Shown here piece after piece: positions 46,355 to 55,701 of a stretch of 64,000 nt of DNA. Every line of letters starts with the position of its first letter. Positions within the stretch are counted from its first letter, which is position 1. A program made the position numbers and the translations under genes. Source of the stretch: Candidatus Sysuimicrobium tengchongense (lineage in GTDB: Bacteria > Sysuimicrobiota > Sysuimicrobiia > Sysuimicrobiales > Sysuimicrobiaceae); the NCBI GenBank assembly GCA_031460175.1, contig JAVKGW010000010.1, forward strand, positions 15,127 to 79,126, in the 5' to 3' direction. The notes beneath the pieces are model-generated. The model made no database searches and was not told the origin of the DNA. It was given only the letters and a program-made list of their open reading frames with translations.

Positions 46355-47089
46355 CTACTCTCTCTGCGTCTGCGGGATTCCCCCGGCCGCCGCCCGGTCC
46401 ACCCACCAGACCAATAGACCGCCCTCCGGGTGTACGCCGCCCGCGGGACAGCTCCACGGGTCCGGCGGTTCCACGAGCGCCCGGCGCACGGCCTCCCGCT
46501 TCTCTGCGCCGGTGACCAACACGTCCACGCGCCGCGCCCGGTTGATCACGGGCAGCGTCAGGGTGAGGCGGACCGGTGGGTCGGCCGTGACGCGCACGGC
46601 TACCACCCACCGCTCGGTCTCCAAAAGTGCGGGAGAACCCGGGAACAGCGAGGCCACGTGTCCGTCCGCACCCATCCCGAGGAGTACGAGGTCGAACCGG
46701 GGAGGGTCACAGAACGCCGCCCGCAGCACCGACTCGTACGCCCGCGCGGCCTCGTCCGGTTGCTCGAAGCGGGTCGGCATGGGGTATACGTTTTCGGGCG
46801 GGATCGGCACGCGCCCGAGGAGCGCCTCGTAGGCCATCCGCGCGTTACTCCGGGGGTCGTCCGGTGGCACGTACCGTTCGTCCCCCCAGAACACCACAAC
46901 CTGCGGCCACGGAATCCTGGGGTCTGCGGCGAGCCGCTCGTACACAGGCCGGGGCGTGCGGCCGCCCGCGAGGGCCACGATGCATCGGCCGCGTTCGGAC
47001 GCGGTCGTCTCGAGGAAGGCGCCAAGCTCCTCCGCCGCCGCCGCGCTGAGGGTTTGCGGGTCCGGGTACATCCGGAGCTCACGCTTCAC
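46355..47089 (-). CDS. pgl: 6-phosphogluconolactonase
   Basis: GTG at 47089 overlaps the zwf stop (GTGA). VKRELRMYPDPQTLSAAAAEELGAFLE...IVALAGGRTPRPVYERLA...VVFWGDERYVPPDDPRSN...VLLGMGADGHVASLFPG is the 6PGL/DevB signature. Upstream table residues are junk. Confidence 0.85.
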   Translation of the reverse strand: MKRELRMYPDPQTLSAAAAEELGAFLETTASERGRCIVALAGGRTPRPVYERLAADPRIPWPQVVVFWGDERYVPPDDPRSNARMAYEALLGRVPIPPENVYPMPTRFEQPDEAARAYESVLRAAFCDPPRFDLVLLGMGADGHVASLFPGSPALLETERWVVAVRVTADPPVRLTLTLPVINRARRVDVLVTGAEKREAVRRALVEPPDPWSCPAGGVHPEGGLLVWWVDRAAAGGIPQTQRE

Positions 47090-48522
47090 GGGTTCCACCA
47101 GCTCCGGCCCTCGCGGGCCAACAGGGCATCCGCCTGCTCCGGTCCCCAGCTCCCGGCCGGGTACGGGCGGGCTCCCGGCGGATCGGCCAGGACCGGGTCG
47201 TACAGGCGCCATGCGGCCTCGACCTCGTCGGACCGGACGAAGAGGGTCTGGTCTCCGAGGAGGATGTCGTAGAGGAGTGTCTCGTAGGCGTCGGGCAGGG
47301 TGCCGAACGCCTCCGCGTACCGAAACCGCAGCCGTTGGGTGCGGAGCGTGATGGGCTGTCCGGGAGCTTTCACCTCGAAGAGGAGGTCAAACCCCTCGTC
47401 CGGCTGCAGGGTCATCACGAGGGCGTTCGGGTTCGCGGGACAGTCCGGGCCGAGGGGACAGATGGGAGCCGGCCGGAAGTGCACCACCACATGGCTGATC
47501 TGGCGCTTCAACCGTTTCCCGGTCCGCAGGTAGAAGGGGACGCCGCGCCACCGCCAGTTCACGATCTCCACCCGCAGGGCGGCGAACGTCTCCGTAGCGG
47601 ATGCAGCCCCCACCTCTTCCCGGTAACCGGGGACCTCCAGGCCGTCCACCCACCCCGGCCCGTACTGGCCAAAGACCACGTGTTCCCGCGCGATGGGTGC
47701 CATGGACTGCAGGACTTTCACCTTCTCGTTGCGAATGGCGTCGGCCTCGAAGGAGGCGGGCGGCTCCATGGCCACGAGGGTCAGGATCTGGGTCAGGTGG
47801 TTCTGGACCATGTCCCGGAGGGCGCCCACCCGGTCGTAGTAGCCGAGGCGTCCTTCCACGCCCGTCGTCTCCGCCACCGTGATCTGCACGTGGTCCACCC
47901 GGTCCCGGTTCCACACGGACTCGAAGACGGGGTTCGCGAACCGGAAGGTGAGCAGGTTCTGCACCGTCTCCTTCCCCAGGTAGTGGTCGATCCGGAAGAT
48001 CTGGGACTCCTCGAAGTACGCGTGGATGGATCGGTTCAGGGCGCGGGCAGACGTGAGGTCGGTGCCGAAGGGCTTTTCCACCACGAGCCGCGTCCACCCG
48101 CGGCTGCGGTGCAGCCCACGTTGGCCGATCCGCTCGACGAGATCGGGAACGGCCTGCGGGGGGACCGCGAGGTACAGGACACGGTTTCCGGGAAGGCCAT
48201 GTGCACGCTCGAGGGAGTCCATGCGCTCGCGTAGCGTCCCCGCCCCCTCCGGATCACCGCCCAGGGCGTGGTAGAAGAGCCGAGTCTCGCACCACCGGCC
48301 GACCTCCTCCTCGGGATGCCCCTGTGCGAGGAGGGCTTCCCTCGCCCACGCCCGGAACCCATCGTCCGTCCACCCGGATCGGGCCACCCCCAGCACCACC
48401 ACGGGCCCACCCGCATCGCGGCGACTCAGCCGGAACAGGACGGAGAGGAGCTTGCGGCGCATGAGGTCCCCGGTGGCGCCGAACACCACGAAGAGGGCCG
48501 GGGGCAGGGAACGGGCGATCAC
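47086..48522 (-). CDS. zwf: glucose-6-phosphate 1-dehydrogenase
   Basis: GTG at 48522 overlaps the gnd stop (GTGA). ...LFVVFGATGDLMRRKL... (NADP-binding), RIDHYLGKE (active site) and EKPFGTDLTSA motifs are present. Confidence 0.92.
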   Translation of the reverse strand: MIARSLPPALFVVFGATGDLMRRKLLSVLFRLSRRDAGGPVVVLGVARSGWTDDGFRAWAREALLAQGHPEEEVGRWCETRLFYHALGGDPEGAGTLRERMDSLERAHGLPGNRVLYLAVPPQAVPDLVERIGQRGLHRSRGWTRLVVEKPFGTDLTSARALNRSIHAYFEESQIFRIDHYLGKETVQNLLTFRFANPVFESVWNRDRVDHVQITVAETTGVEGRLGYYDRVGALRDMVQNHLTQILTLVAMEPPASFEADAIRNEKVKVLQSMAPIAREHVVFGQYGPGWVDGLEVPGYREEVGAASATETFAALRVEIVNWRWRGVPFYLRTGKRLKRQISHVVVHFRPAPICPLGPDCPANPNALVMTLQPDEGFDLLFEVKAPGQPITLRTQRLRFRYAEAFGTLPDAYETLLYDILLGDQTLFVRSDEVEAAWRLYDPVLADPPGARPYPAGSWGPEQADALLAREGRSWWNP

Positions 48523-49427
48523 GGCTCCCGCCGCACGGGGTGCCCGCCGAACTGGTGGCGCAGCGCCGCAAGCAGCCGGTCCGCGTAGGACTCGGTGTCC
48601 CGCGACCGGAGCCGCTGGATCAGGGAGAGGGTGATGACCGGGGCCGGGACGTCCAGGTCCACGGCCTCGAACACCGTCCACCGGCCCTCCCCCGTGTCCT
48701 CCACGTACGGGGCGATCCCGGAGAGGTCCGGATCCTCCGCCAGCGCCCGTGCCACCAGGTCCAGCAGCCAAGACCGGATCACGCTGCCGTACCGCCACAC
48801 CTCCGCCACCTGGCGCACGTCCAACCCGAACTCCCGCTTGTGCCGCAGGATACTGAATCCCTCCGCGTACGCCTGCATGAGGCCGTACTCGATCCCGTTG
48901 TGGACCATCTTCACGAAGTGACCGGCCCCCACGGGGCCCACATGCCCCCACCCCCGATCCGGAGCCGGCGCGAGTGCCTCAAAGACCGGCCGCAGGCGCT
49001 CCACCACATCCTTTTCTCCGCCCACCATGAGGCAGTACCCCTCCTCCTCGCCCCACACTCCCCCGCTCGTGCCGACGTCCACGAAGTGCACGCCGTGTGC
49101 GCCCAGTCGTTGCGCCCGCCGCAGGGTGTCGCGGTAGTGGGAGTTGCCTCCGTCCACCACCACGTCACCCGCCACAAGGTGCGGGAGCAGCTGATCCAGT
49201 GTATCGTCCACGGGTTTCCCCGCGGGGACCATCAGCCACACGATCCGCGGAGACGCCAGGGCGTCCGCCAGCTCGTGGAGGGAACCGGCCGGCCGGGCGC
49301 CCAACCGGGCAGCCCGCTCGACCCGGTCGGGGTCCCGGTCGTATCCGGTAACCCGCAGGCCGGCCCGCAACAGCCGCCGTGCCATTCCCAGGCCCATCCG
49401 TCCCAATCCTACGAGTCCGATCTCCAT
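48519..49427 (-). CDS. gnd: 6-phosphogluconate dehydrogenase (decarboxylating), short 300-aa type
   Basis: ATG at 49427 ('cat' at 49425-49427) with AGGAGG RBS. MEIGLVGLGRMGLGMARRLLRAGLRVTGYDR... (Rossmann fold), ...HFVKMVHNGIEYGLMQAYAEG... catalytic region. Confidence 0.85.
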   Translation of the reverse strand: MEIGLVGLGRMGLGMARRLLRAGLRVTGYDRDPDRVERAARLGARPAGSLHELADALASPRIVWLMVPAGKPVDDTLDQLLPHLVAGDVVVDGGNSHYRDTLRRAQRLGAHGVHFVDVGTSGGVWGEEEGYCLMVGGEKDVVERLRPVFEALAPAPDRGWGHVGPVGAGHFVKMVHNGIEYGLMQAYAEGFSILRHKREFGLDVRQVAEVWRYGSVIRSWLLDLVARALAEDPDLSGIAPYVEDTGEGRWTVFEAVDLDVPAPVITLSLIQRLRSRDTESYADRLLAALRHQFGGHPVRREP

Positions 49428-49576
49428 CTCCTTCCTCCTTACACCAGCATACACGTAAATTCGGTAACCTTATTCTCCACCCACGGGATTCTCCCGGCAC
49501 TTGCACCGCGGACCGGACTCCGGATACGCTTCCATTAGAATCCGATCGACGTAGAATCTTTTAGGGAGACGTGGGA

Positions 49577-49969
49577 ATGCGTCACGACCTCATGCCGGCT
49601 CCGTTCGTGCTGCCGAATCTTTCGGACGAGGTCCTCACCGCGAAGTTCTTCCGGGCCCTCGGGGACCCCACGCGGCTTCGGATCCTGCAGCTCGTGCTGG
49701 ACGAGGAGAAGAACGTCACGGAGCTCGTGCAGCTCACGGGGTCCCCTCAGGGTCGCGTCTCCAGCCACCTGAGCTGTCTGCGGTGGTGCGGGTACGTGAC
49801 CGCCCGCCGGGAGGGCCGCCGGGTGTACTATCGGGTCACGGATCCCCGGGTTCGGGAGCTCCTCCTTCTCGCTTCCTCCCTGGTGCGGGACCACACGGAT
49901 CGGATCCGCAGCTGCACCCTCATCGACGGCCGCAGGACCCGGAACCGGCGGGTCCGGGCGCGGCGGTAG
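49577..49969 (+). CDS. ArsR/SmtB-family metalloregulator
   Basis: ATG at 49577 after GGGAGA. FRALGDPTRLRILQLVLDEEKNVTELVQLTGSPQGRVSSHLSCLRWCGYVTARREGRRVYYRV is a winged HTH with ArsR consensus and a CxxxC pair in the alpha-5 region. Confidence 0.8.
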   Translation: MRHDLMPAPFVLPNLSDEVLTAKFFRALGDPTRLRILQLVLDEEKNVTELVQLTGSPQGRVSSHLSCLRWCGYVTARREGRRVYYRVTDPRVRELLLLASSLVRDHTDRIRSCTLIDGRRTRNRRVRARR

Positions 49970-50054
49970 CGCCCTGCGCCATTTGACGTTCTCCGGAGAA
50001 CCTGCTAAGATGAGGCAGGAACCCCCTCCCCATGGGGGAGGGGAGGAGGGCGTC

Positions 50055-50375
50055 ATGGCCACCAGAGCACAGCCTCGCAGGATCTTCCAGGGCACAGATC
50101 CCCGGGCCAAGCAGGAGATCCTCGCTCGCCTGCGGAGCATCGAGGGGCACGTGCGGGGTGTCCTGCGCATGGTCGAGGAGGACGCATACTGCATCGACGT
50201 CCTCAAGCAGACCAAGGCGATCCAGGCGGCGTTGGACCGGGTGAACGCTCTGCTGCTGGAGCGGCACCTCAACCACTGCGTGACCACGGCCATCCGCTCC
50301 CAGGATCCAAAGGAGCGGGAACGGGTGATCACGGAGCTACTGGAGGTCTTCGAGGCGGGAGGTGAGCGGCGATGA
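50055..50375 (+). CDS. csoR: CsoR/RcnR-family copper-sensing repressor
   Basis: ATG at 50055 after [20 protein letters not shown]...[54 protein letters not shown] is a DUF156/CsoR four-helix pattern with Cys-His-Cys metal ligands. The stop overlaps the copA ATG (ATGA). Confidence 0.8.
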   Translation: MATRAQPRRIFQGTDPRAKQEILARLRSIEGHVRGVLRMVEEDAYCIDVLKQTKAIQAALDRVNALLLERHLNHCVTTAIRSQDPKERERVITELLEVFEAGGERR

Positions 50376-52930
50376 AGCGGCTCGTGCTCCCCATCGAAGG
50401 GATGAGCTGCGCCTCGTGCGTGGCGAACGTGGAGGGGGCACTCAAGCGGCTGGCCGGCGTACGGGAGGTCCGGGTGAACCTGGCCACGGAGCAGGCCACG
50501 GTGGAGTACGACCCTTCTGCCGTGGACGTGCGGGCCATGCAACGGGCTGTAGAGGAGATCGGCTATGGGCTCCGCACCGCCACCGCGTACCTGCACATCA
50601 CCGGCATGAGCTGCGCGTCCTGCGTGGAAAACGTGCGTCGCGCCCTGGTGCAGCTTCCCGGCGTCCTGGACGCCTCCGTGAACCTGAGCACGGAGACCGC
50701 CCGGGTGGACTACCTGCCGGGCGCCGTGACGGTGCGGGAGATGCTGGCTGCGGTCCGGGAGGTGGGCTACGGGGCGGAGGAGAAGGTGGAGGGCGCTGCG
50801 GCCGCAGACCGCGAGCAGGAGGCCCGCCGCCGGGAGATCGCCCGCCAGCGCCGGAACCTCCTGGTGGCCACCCCCCTCGCGCTTCTGGTCATGCTGGGCA
50901 CCTTCCAGCCCTACGGGTTCTTCTCCCGCGTGGTCCCCGAGTTCCTGCACAACAAGCTCGTCCTGTTCCTCCTGACCACGCCCCTCGTGGTCGGCCCCGG
51001 CTCCCAGTTCTTCGTGCACTCCTTCGCGGGGCTGCGCCGGGGGGTCACGGACATGAACCTCCTGTACGCCACCGGGATCGGGGCCGCGTACCTCATCGCG
51101 GTGGTGAACACCTTCTGGCCGCAGGCGGGCTTCGGCGGCCCGCAGGCCACCTTCTACGAGGCCGCGGCCCTGCTCACGTGGTTCATCCTCCTGGGCCGGT
51201 ACCTGGAGGCCATCACCCGCGGCAGGGCCTCCGAAGCCATCCGGCGGCTCATGCGGCTGCAGCCGCGCCGGGCGCGGGTCCTGCGGGACGGCCGGGAGGT
51301 GGAGGTGTCCGTGGACGAGGTGGAGGTGGGGGACGTCCTCGTGGTGCGGCCCGGGGAACAGGTCCCCGTGGACGGGGTCGTTCTGGAAGGCTACTCCGCC
51401 GTGGACCAGTCCATGATCACGGGGGAGAGCATCCCCGTGGAGAAGAAGGCCGGGGACGAGGTCATCGGCGGCACCCTGAACAAGACCGGCTCGTTCACCT
51501 TCCGCGCCACCCGGGTCGGACGGGAGACGGCCCTGGCCCAGATCATCCGGCTGGTGGAGGAGGCCCAGACCTCGAAGGCGCCCATCCAGAAGCTGGCGGA
51601 CTTCGTGGCGGGCCGGTTCATCTTCTGGGTGCACGTGCTGGCCTTGGCCACCTTCCTCTTCTGGTACTTCGTGGGCTACGACCGGTGGTTCAGCCCGCAG
51701 ACCCGGCTCATGCTGACGCCGTACGCCCTCTCGGGCGCCACCGCGGTGGGGTTCGCGGTGCTCGTGTCCATCGCGGTGCTCGTGATCTCCTGCCCGTGCG
51801 CGGTGGGGCTCGCGACTCCCGCGGCCATGATGGCGGGCACGGGGAAGGCCGCGGAGTTCGGGATCCTGTTCAAGGGGGCGGACGCGGTCGAGGCTCTCTC
51901 GAAGGTGCAGGTGGTGGTGTTCGACAAGACGGGCACCCTCACCAAGGGGCTCCCCTCCGTCACGGACGTGGTGGCCGCAGAGGAGCCTGAGGAGGAGGTC
52001 CTGCGCTGGGCCGCGGCGGCCGAGAAGCGCTCCGAGCACCCGCTGGGGGAGGCGGTGGTGCGGGCCGCGCAGGAACGCGGCATGCAGCTGCCCGACCCGG
52101 AAGAGTTCCAAGCGCTGCCCGGCCGCGGAGTGGTGGCCCGTGTGGACGGGAGGAGGGTCCTGCTCGGGAACCGGCTGCTGATGGCGGAACACGGCGTGTC
52201 CCTCGGGGACCTGGAAGTCCGGGCGGGCGAGCTGGAGGGCCAGGGCAAGACCGCCATGTTCGTAGCCGTGGACGGGCGTGCAGTCGGCGTCGTGGCGGTG
52301 GCGGACACCCTGCGCGAGACCACGCCGGTGGCGGTGCAGGAGCTGAGGAGGATGGGGATCCGGGTGGCCATGCTCACCGGGGACAACCGCCGAACCGCGG
52401 AGGCCATCGCCCAGCAGCTGGGGATGGACACGGTGCTGGCGGAGGTGTTGCCCGGGGACAAGGCCGCGGAGGTCAAGCGCCTCCAGGGCCAGGGCTACCG
52501 GGTGGCCATGGTGGGCGACGGCATCAACGACGCCCCGGCCCTGGCCCAGGCGGACGTGGGGATCGCCATGGGCGCGGGCACCGACGTGGCGAAGGAGACC
52601 GGCCACGTGGTCTTGGTGAAGGACGACCTCCTGGACGTGGTGACCGCCTTCCAGATCGCCCGGGCCACCATGGGGCTCGTGAAGCAGAACCTGTTCTGGG
52701 CCTTCGCGTACAACACCGCGGCCATCCCCCTGGCCATGGGCATCCTGTACCCGTTCCTGCGCCAGATCGTGAGCCCGGAGCTCGCGGCGGTGCTCATGGC
52801 CACGAGCTCCCTCTCCGTCACGCTGAACACCCAGCGCATGCGGGGGTACACGCCACCCGTGCGCCGGCGGCACCGGGCCGCCGAGCCCGCGCGGCTGCGG
52901 GCGGCTGAGCCGGCCCCCGCGGGGAGGTGA
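50372..52930 (+). CDS. copA: copper-translocating P1B-type ATPase with two N-terminal HMA domains
   Basis: Two GMSCASC heavy-metal-associated domains, the TM CPC motif ([12 protein letters not shown]), DKTGTLT phosphorylation site, [16 protein letters not shown] hinge. 852 aa. Confidence 0.93.
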   Translation: MKRLVLPIEGMSCASCVANVEGALKRLAGVREVRVNLATEQATVEYDPSAVDVRAMQRAVEEIGYGLRTATAYLHITGMSCASCVENVRRALVQLPGVLDASVNLSTETARVDYLPGAVTVREMLAAVREVGYGAEEKVEGAAAADREQEARRREIARQRRNLLVATPLALLVMLGTFQPYGFFSRVVPEFLHNKLVLFLLTTPLVVGPGSQFFVHSFAGLRRGVTDMNLLYATGIGAAYLIAVVNTFWPQAGFGGPQATFYEAAALLTWFILLGRYLEAITRGRASEAIRRLMRLQPRRARVLRDGREVEVSVDEVEVGDVLVVRPGEQVPVDGVVLEGYSAVDQSMITGESIPVEKKAGDEVIGGTLNKTGSFTFRATRVGRETALAQIIRLVEEAQTSKAPIQKLADFVAGRFIFWVHVLALATFLFWYFVGYDRWFSPQTRLMLTPYALSGATAVGFAVLVSIAVLVISCPCAVGLATPAAMMAGTGKAAEFGILFKGADAVEALSKVQVVVFDKTGTLTKGLPSVTDVVAAEEPEEEVLRWAAAAEKRSEHPLGEAVVRAAQERGMQLPDPEEFQALPGRGVVARVDGRRVLLGNRLLMAEHGVSLGDLEVRAGELEGQGKTAMFVAVDGRAVGVVAVADTLRETTPVAVQELRRMGIRVAMLTGDNRRTAEAIAQQLGMDTVLAEVLPGDKAAEVKRLQGQGYRVAMVGDGINDAPALAQADVGIAMGAGTDVAKETGHVVLVKDDLLDVVTAFQIARATMGLVKQNLFWAFAYNTAAIPLAMGILYPFLRQIVSPELAAVLMATSSLSVTLNTQRMRGYTPPVRRRHRAAEPARLRAAEPAPAGR

Positions 52931-52933
52931 ACC

Positions 52934-53155
52934 ATGACGCGCACCACGTCCCGAAACCCTTCCGCGGTGGCGGCGGCTCTGTACCTGGGACTTTCCCTGC
53001 TGGCGGCCCTCGGGTTCGTCGGCCTCGCCACCCTCAAGGGGGAAGCGTCCTGGGCCAGCCGGTTCATCGGCGCGGTGTGGGTCTTCCTCCTCTCCGCCAT
53101 CATCCTCATGCCCGTCGTGATCCCGTGGGTCCGCAAGCGCTTCGAAGGGAGGTGA
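52934..53155 (+). CDS. small two-TM membrane protein downstream of copA
   Basis: ATG at 52934, 4 nt after the copA stop, with GGGGAGGTGA RBS. MTRTTSRNPSAVAAALYLGLSLLAALGFVGLATLKGEASWASRFIGAVWVFLLSAIILMPVVIPWVRKRFEGR has two hydrophobic helices. Confidence 0.5.
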   Translation: MTRTTSRNPSAVAAALYLGLSLLAALGFVGLATLKGEASWASRFIGAVWVFLLSAIILMPVVIPWVRKRFEGR

Positions 53156-53160
53156 CCACC

Positions 53161-53367
53161 GTGGAGAAGGTCTACAAGGTGCCCAAGATGCACTGCAACG
53201 GGTGCGCGGCCACCGTGGAGCGGGCGGCCCGGAGCGTCCCGGGCGTGCGGTCCGTGCACGTGGACCTGACCACCAAGGAGGTCCGGGTGGTCTTCGAGGA
53301 GGGGGCCGTCAACGAGGAAGCGTTGAAGCAGGCTCTGGAGCAGGCCGGGTACCCCGTGGCTGCGTAA
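53161..53367 (+). CDS. copZ: copper chaperone CopZ (single HMA domain)
   Basis: GTG at 53161, 8 nt after GGGAGG (alternative GTG 53152). VEKVYKVPKMHCNGCAATVERAARSVPGVRSVHVDLTTKEVRVVFEEGAVNEEALKQALEQAGYPV has the MxCxxC ferredoxin-like fold. It is the real part of table ORF 52927..53367. Confidence 0.8.
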   Translation: MEKVYKVPKMHCNGCAATVERAARSVPGVRSVHVDLTTKEVRVVFEEGAVNEEALKQALEQAGYPVAA

Positions 53368-53496
53368 CGCCGACCCGAAGAACTGGCGCGCAACGATCCC
53401 GCGCCGGGCCGCGCACATCTCTGTCCCCGGGGGCCTCCTCATGAGCCTATCCACGGTGGCCGTGGCGGCGACCGCGCTGTTGCGGAAGGTGCGTCT

Positions 53497-54219
53497 TTGG
53501 TGACGCGCGCGGGACCCAAGCGCCTTCGGAACGCTGTCGGGCTCGGAGCCGCCGTCCTGAGCATCACCGTGCTGGTGGTGGCGGCTACCCACTCCCTGGT
53601 CCTTTTGCGCCGGCCCCTCCACGAGGAGCTGCTGTCCATCTCGCGGGGCCAGTGGGGGCTTGCGGCCGCCTCCGCCGCCCTGTTCCTGGCCTTCCTCGTC
53701 CTCCTCCCGGTCCGCGTGCAGCGGAACTGGCGCGCGCACGGCCTCTATGCAGCCTTCGTGGTCTCCCTGTTCGCGGAGATGTTCGGCTTTCCGCTGACCG
53801 TGTACCTGCTGTCCTCTGTCCTCGGGTGGACGCTCTTCGAACGCGAGTTCATGACGTACATGTACCGGTTCGGGATGCCCGCAGGCTCCGCGGTCACCCT
53901 CGTGGGCGTCCTCCTCGTGGTCCTCGGGTGGTGGGAACTGCACCGCAACCGTGAGGGGCTGGTGACCACGGGGATCTACCGGTACCTGCGCCACCCCCAG
54001 TACCTGGGTCTCATCCTGGTGACGGGCGGCTGGCTCGTGCACTGGCCCACCCTTCCGGGCCTCCTGATGTGGCCGGTCCTCGCCTGGGCCTACGCGCGCC
54101 AGGCGCGCCGGGAGGAGGCAGAACTCGCCCGGCAATCCGGGGCGGCGTACGAAGCCTACGCGCACCGGACGCCTGCTTGGATCCCGCGGCGGCCACCCGC
54201 CGGATCCGGCCCTTCGTAG
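53497..54219 (+). CDS. isoprenylcysteine carboxyl methyltransferase (ICMT/PEMT) family membrane protein
   Basis: TTG/GTG start at 53497/53500. Polytopic membrane protein with the C-terminal ICMT signature TTGIYRYLRHPQYLGLILVTGGWLVHWPTLPGLL...AYARQARREEAELARQSGAAYEAYAHRTPAWIP. Confidence 0.75.
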   Translation: MVTRAGPKRLRNAVGLGAAVLSITVLVVAATHSLVLLRRPLHEELLSISRGQWGLAAASAALFLAFLVLLPVRVQRNWRAHGLYAAFVVSLFAEMFGFPLTVYLLSSVLGWTLFEREFMTYMYRFGMPAGSAVTLVGVLLVVLGWWELHRNREGLVTTGIYRYLRHPQYLGLILVTGGWLVHWPTLPGLLMWPVLAWAYARQARREEAELARQSGAAYEAYAHRTPAWIPRRPPAGSGPS

Positions 54220-54307
54220 ACCACCCCAAAGATCGCTACGCGATGGGGCCCCGCTTCACACGTTCCGGATTTCGTGGACACGCTCCTTGAGGAGCGTTGA
54301 TCCCTCC

Positions 54308-54790
54308 CTACCGGACCACCCAGCTGCCCTTCATCCCCGCCTCGTAGTGGCCCGGGATGTGGCAGCCCATCTCGAAGGTTCCCCGCTTGCGGGGCGTAAA
54401 CCGCAAGGTCACCCGTTCGCCCGGAGCCAGGGTAACCATCGCCAGGTCCTTGCCCCTGCGCTCCACCATCTTGGCCTTGCCCTCCACCTGGACCGGCAGC
54501 CCGCGGAAGTACGACCGGGCTTCCAGTTCCCGGTGCATCTTCTCCGGGTCCATGCCCGTCAGGTGCAGGTGCCCCAGGTCGTACACCATGAACTCGTGCT
54601 CCACCACACTGCGGTTCACGAGCCGCACCTCCGCGGGCACGCCGGCCCTCAAGGTCACCGTGGAGGGCACGAAGGCGAACTCCTTCATCTGGATCTCGAC
54701 GACCTGCCGCGTCGTGCCCGCGCCCGCCGCGGCAGCCGTCAGCACACCGAGCAGCACCACCCCACCTGCCACGAACAGTCCACGCCTCAT
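54308..54790 (-). CDS. secreted cupredoxin-like (type-1 copper) protein
   Basis: ATG at 54790 with GGAGGAAG RBS. Signal MRRGLFVAGGVVLLGVLTAAAAGAG. Cupredoxin beta-sandwich ending in the blue-copper ligand motif GTFEMGCHIPGHYEAGMKGSWVV (Cys-x2-PGH-x4-Met). Confidence 0.75.
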   Translation of the reverse strand: MRRGLFVAGGVVLLGVLTAAAAGAGTTRQVVEIQMKEFAFVPSTVTLRAGVPAEVRLVNRSVVEHEFMVYDLGHLHLTGMDPEKMHRELEARSYFRGLPVQVEGKAKMVERRGKDLAMVTLAPGERVTLRFTPRKRGTFEMGCHIPGHYEAGMKGSWVVR

Positions 54791-54835
54791 GCCGACTCTT
54801 CCTCCCGTTGCACTCACATACTTGCGTTGCCGCTG

Positions 54836-54865
54836 TCTTTAACTCTTCCGGCAACCCCTGTCAAG
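54836..54865 (-). promoter_or_regulatory. candidate sigma-70 promoter for the cupredoxin gene (CTTGACA - 17 nt - TAAAGA)
   Basis: Minus strand reads cccgCTTGACAggggttgccggaagagtTAAAGAcagcggcaac.... The -35 maps to 54859-54865 and is a perfect match; the -10 is weak. The same CTTGACA -35 recurs upstream of several minus-strand genes in this window. Confidence 0.35.
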
Positions 54866-54979
54866 CGGGCAGCACTGAATTGAACAGGTCGAAGCCGCTT
54901 CGGACGTCGGTCCTCACCTGAACGCGGTTACCGGCCCGGGCGATGCAAAAACCGGTCCGGACCCAGAACCGCAGTCCAC

Positions 54980-55624
54980 TTACGGCTCCACCACGAGGGT
55001 TCCCCGCATGCCGGCCTCCCGGTGCCCCGGGAGGCTGCAGTAGAACTCGTACGTCCCGGGCTGCAGGGCGGGAAGTCCCGCCACGACTTCCTCTCCCGGC
55101 TCCACCGTCACCCGGAACCCGAGGGCCGGGACGTACAGATCATGCGTCACACGGCCCGCGTTCACCAGCCGGAGGTTTACCGGCTCTCCCGCCCTCACCC
55201 GGATCGAGGCGGGACGGAAGGCGAAGTCCGCGAGGGTCACCGGGACGAGCCGCGCTCCGGGCCGGACCGAAGGAGCACTTGTGGGGGGCGTCCAGCCCCT
55301 CATGTGGGGCATTCCGCTCATTCCCGGCATTCCGGGCATCCAACCCGGCATGCCCATCCCCCCAAACCCCGCAACGAGCAGGAGGATCACCAGGGCCAGG
55401 AGCAGGAGGACCACCACCGGCGCGAACCCCGTGGAGCGCTTCTCGGAGGCGTTCAAAGCCCTCATGGCCTCCCGGTACTCCGACTCCGTGATCTCCCCGC
55501 GGACGAGGCGCTCCCGCAAGGTTCTCCGGGCCGTGTGGTCTTGCGCCTTCGGGAACAGGCGGGACACCACGGCCAGGGCGAGGAGGATCACGAGGATCCA
55601 GAACAGGACCATCCACCCCATCAT
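54980..55624 (-). CDS. fusion of SHOCT-like domain, TM helix, Met-rich Cu(I)-binding repeats and C-terminal cupredoxin
   Basis: ATG at 55624 (MMGWMVLFWILVILLALAVV) with GGAGGG RBS. RERLVRGEITESEYREAMRAL (SHOCT-like), a second TM, MGMPGWMPGMPGMSGMPHM (MxxM-type Cu-binding repeats), then a cupredoxin with GTYEFYCSLPGHREAGMRGTLVV. The upstream 110 residues of the table ORF are junk. Confidence 0.7.
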   Translation of the reverse strand: MMGWMVLFWILVILLALAVVSRLFPKAQDHTARRTLRERLVRGEITESEYREAMRALNASEKRSTGFAPVVVLLLLALVILLLVAGFGGMGMPGWMPGMPGMSGMPHMRGWTPPTSAPSVRPGARLVPVTLADFAFRPASIRVRAGEPVNLRLVNAGRVTHDLYVPALGFRVTVEPGEEVVAGLPALQPGTYEFYCSLPGHREAGMRGTLVVEP

Positions 55625-55701
55625 GGCTCTCCCTCCGCCGGCAACGGTAGCCGGCATCGGTGAGGCGTGCCGGAACTCCAGGTGAAGATTGGGTGAAGGT
55701 G

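Noticed and set aside
53368-53496. Possible terminator or small RNA after copZ
   Set aside because: GC-rich with no clean stem plus U-tract. Nothing conserved-looking.
54818-54979. 160-nt gap between cupredoxin genes as a possible tRNA/sRNA
   Set aside because: It contains only a promoter-like CTTGACA/TAAAGA pair and small palindromes (cgaagccgcttcg). No tRNA-like structure.
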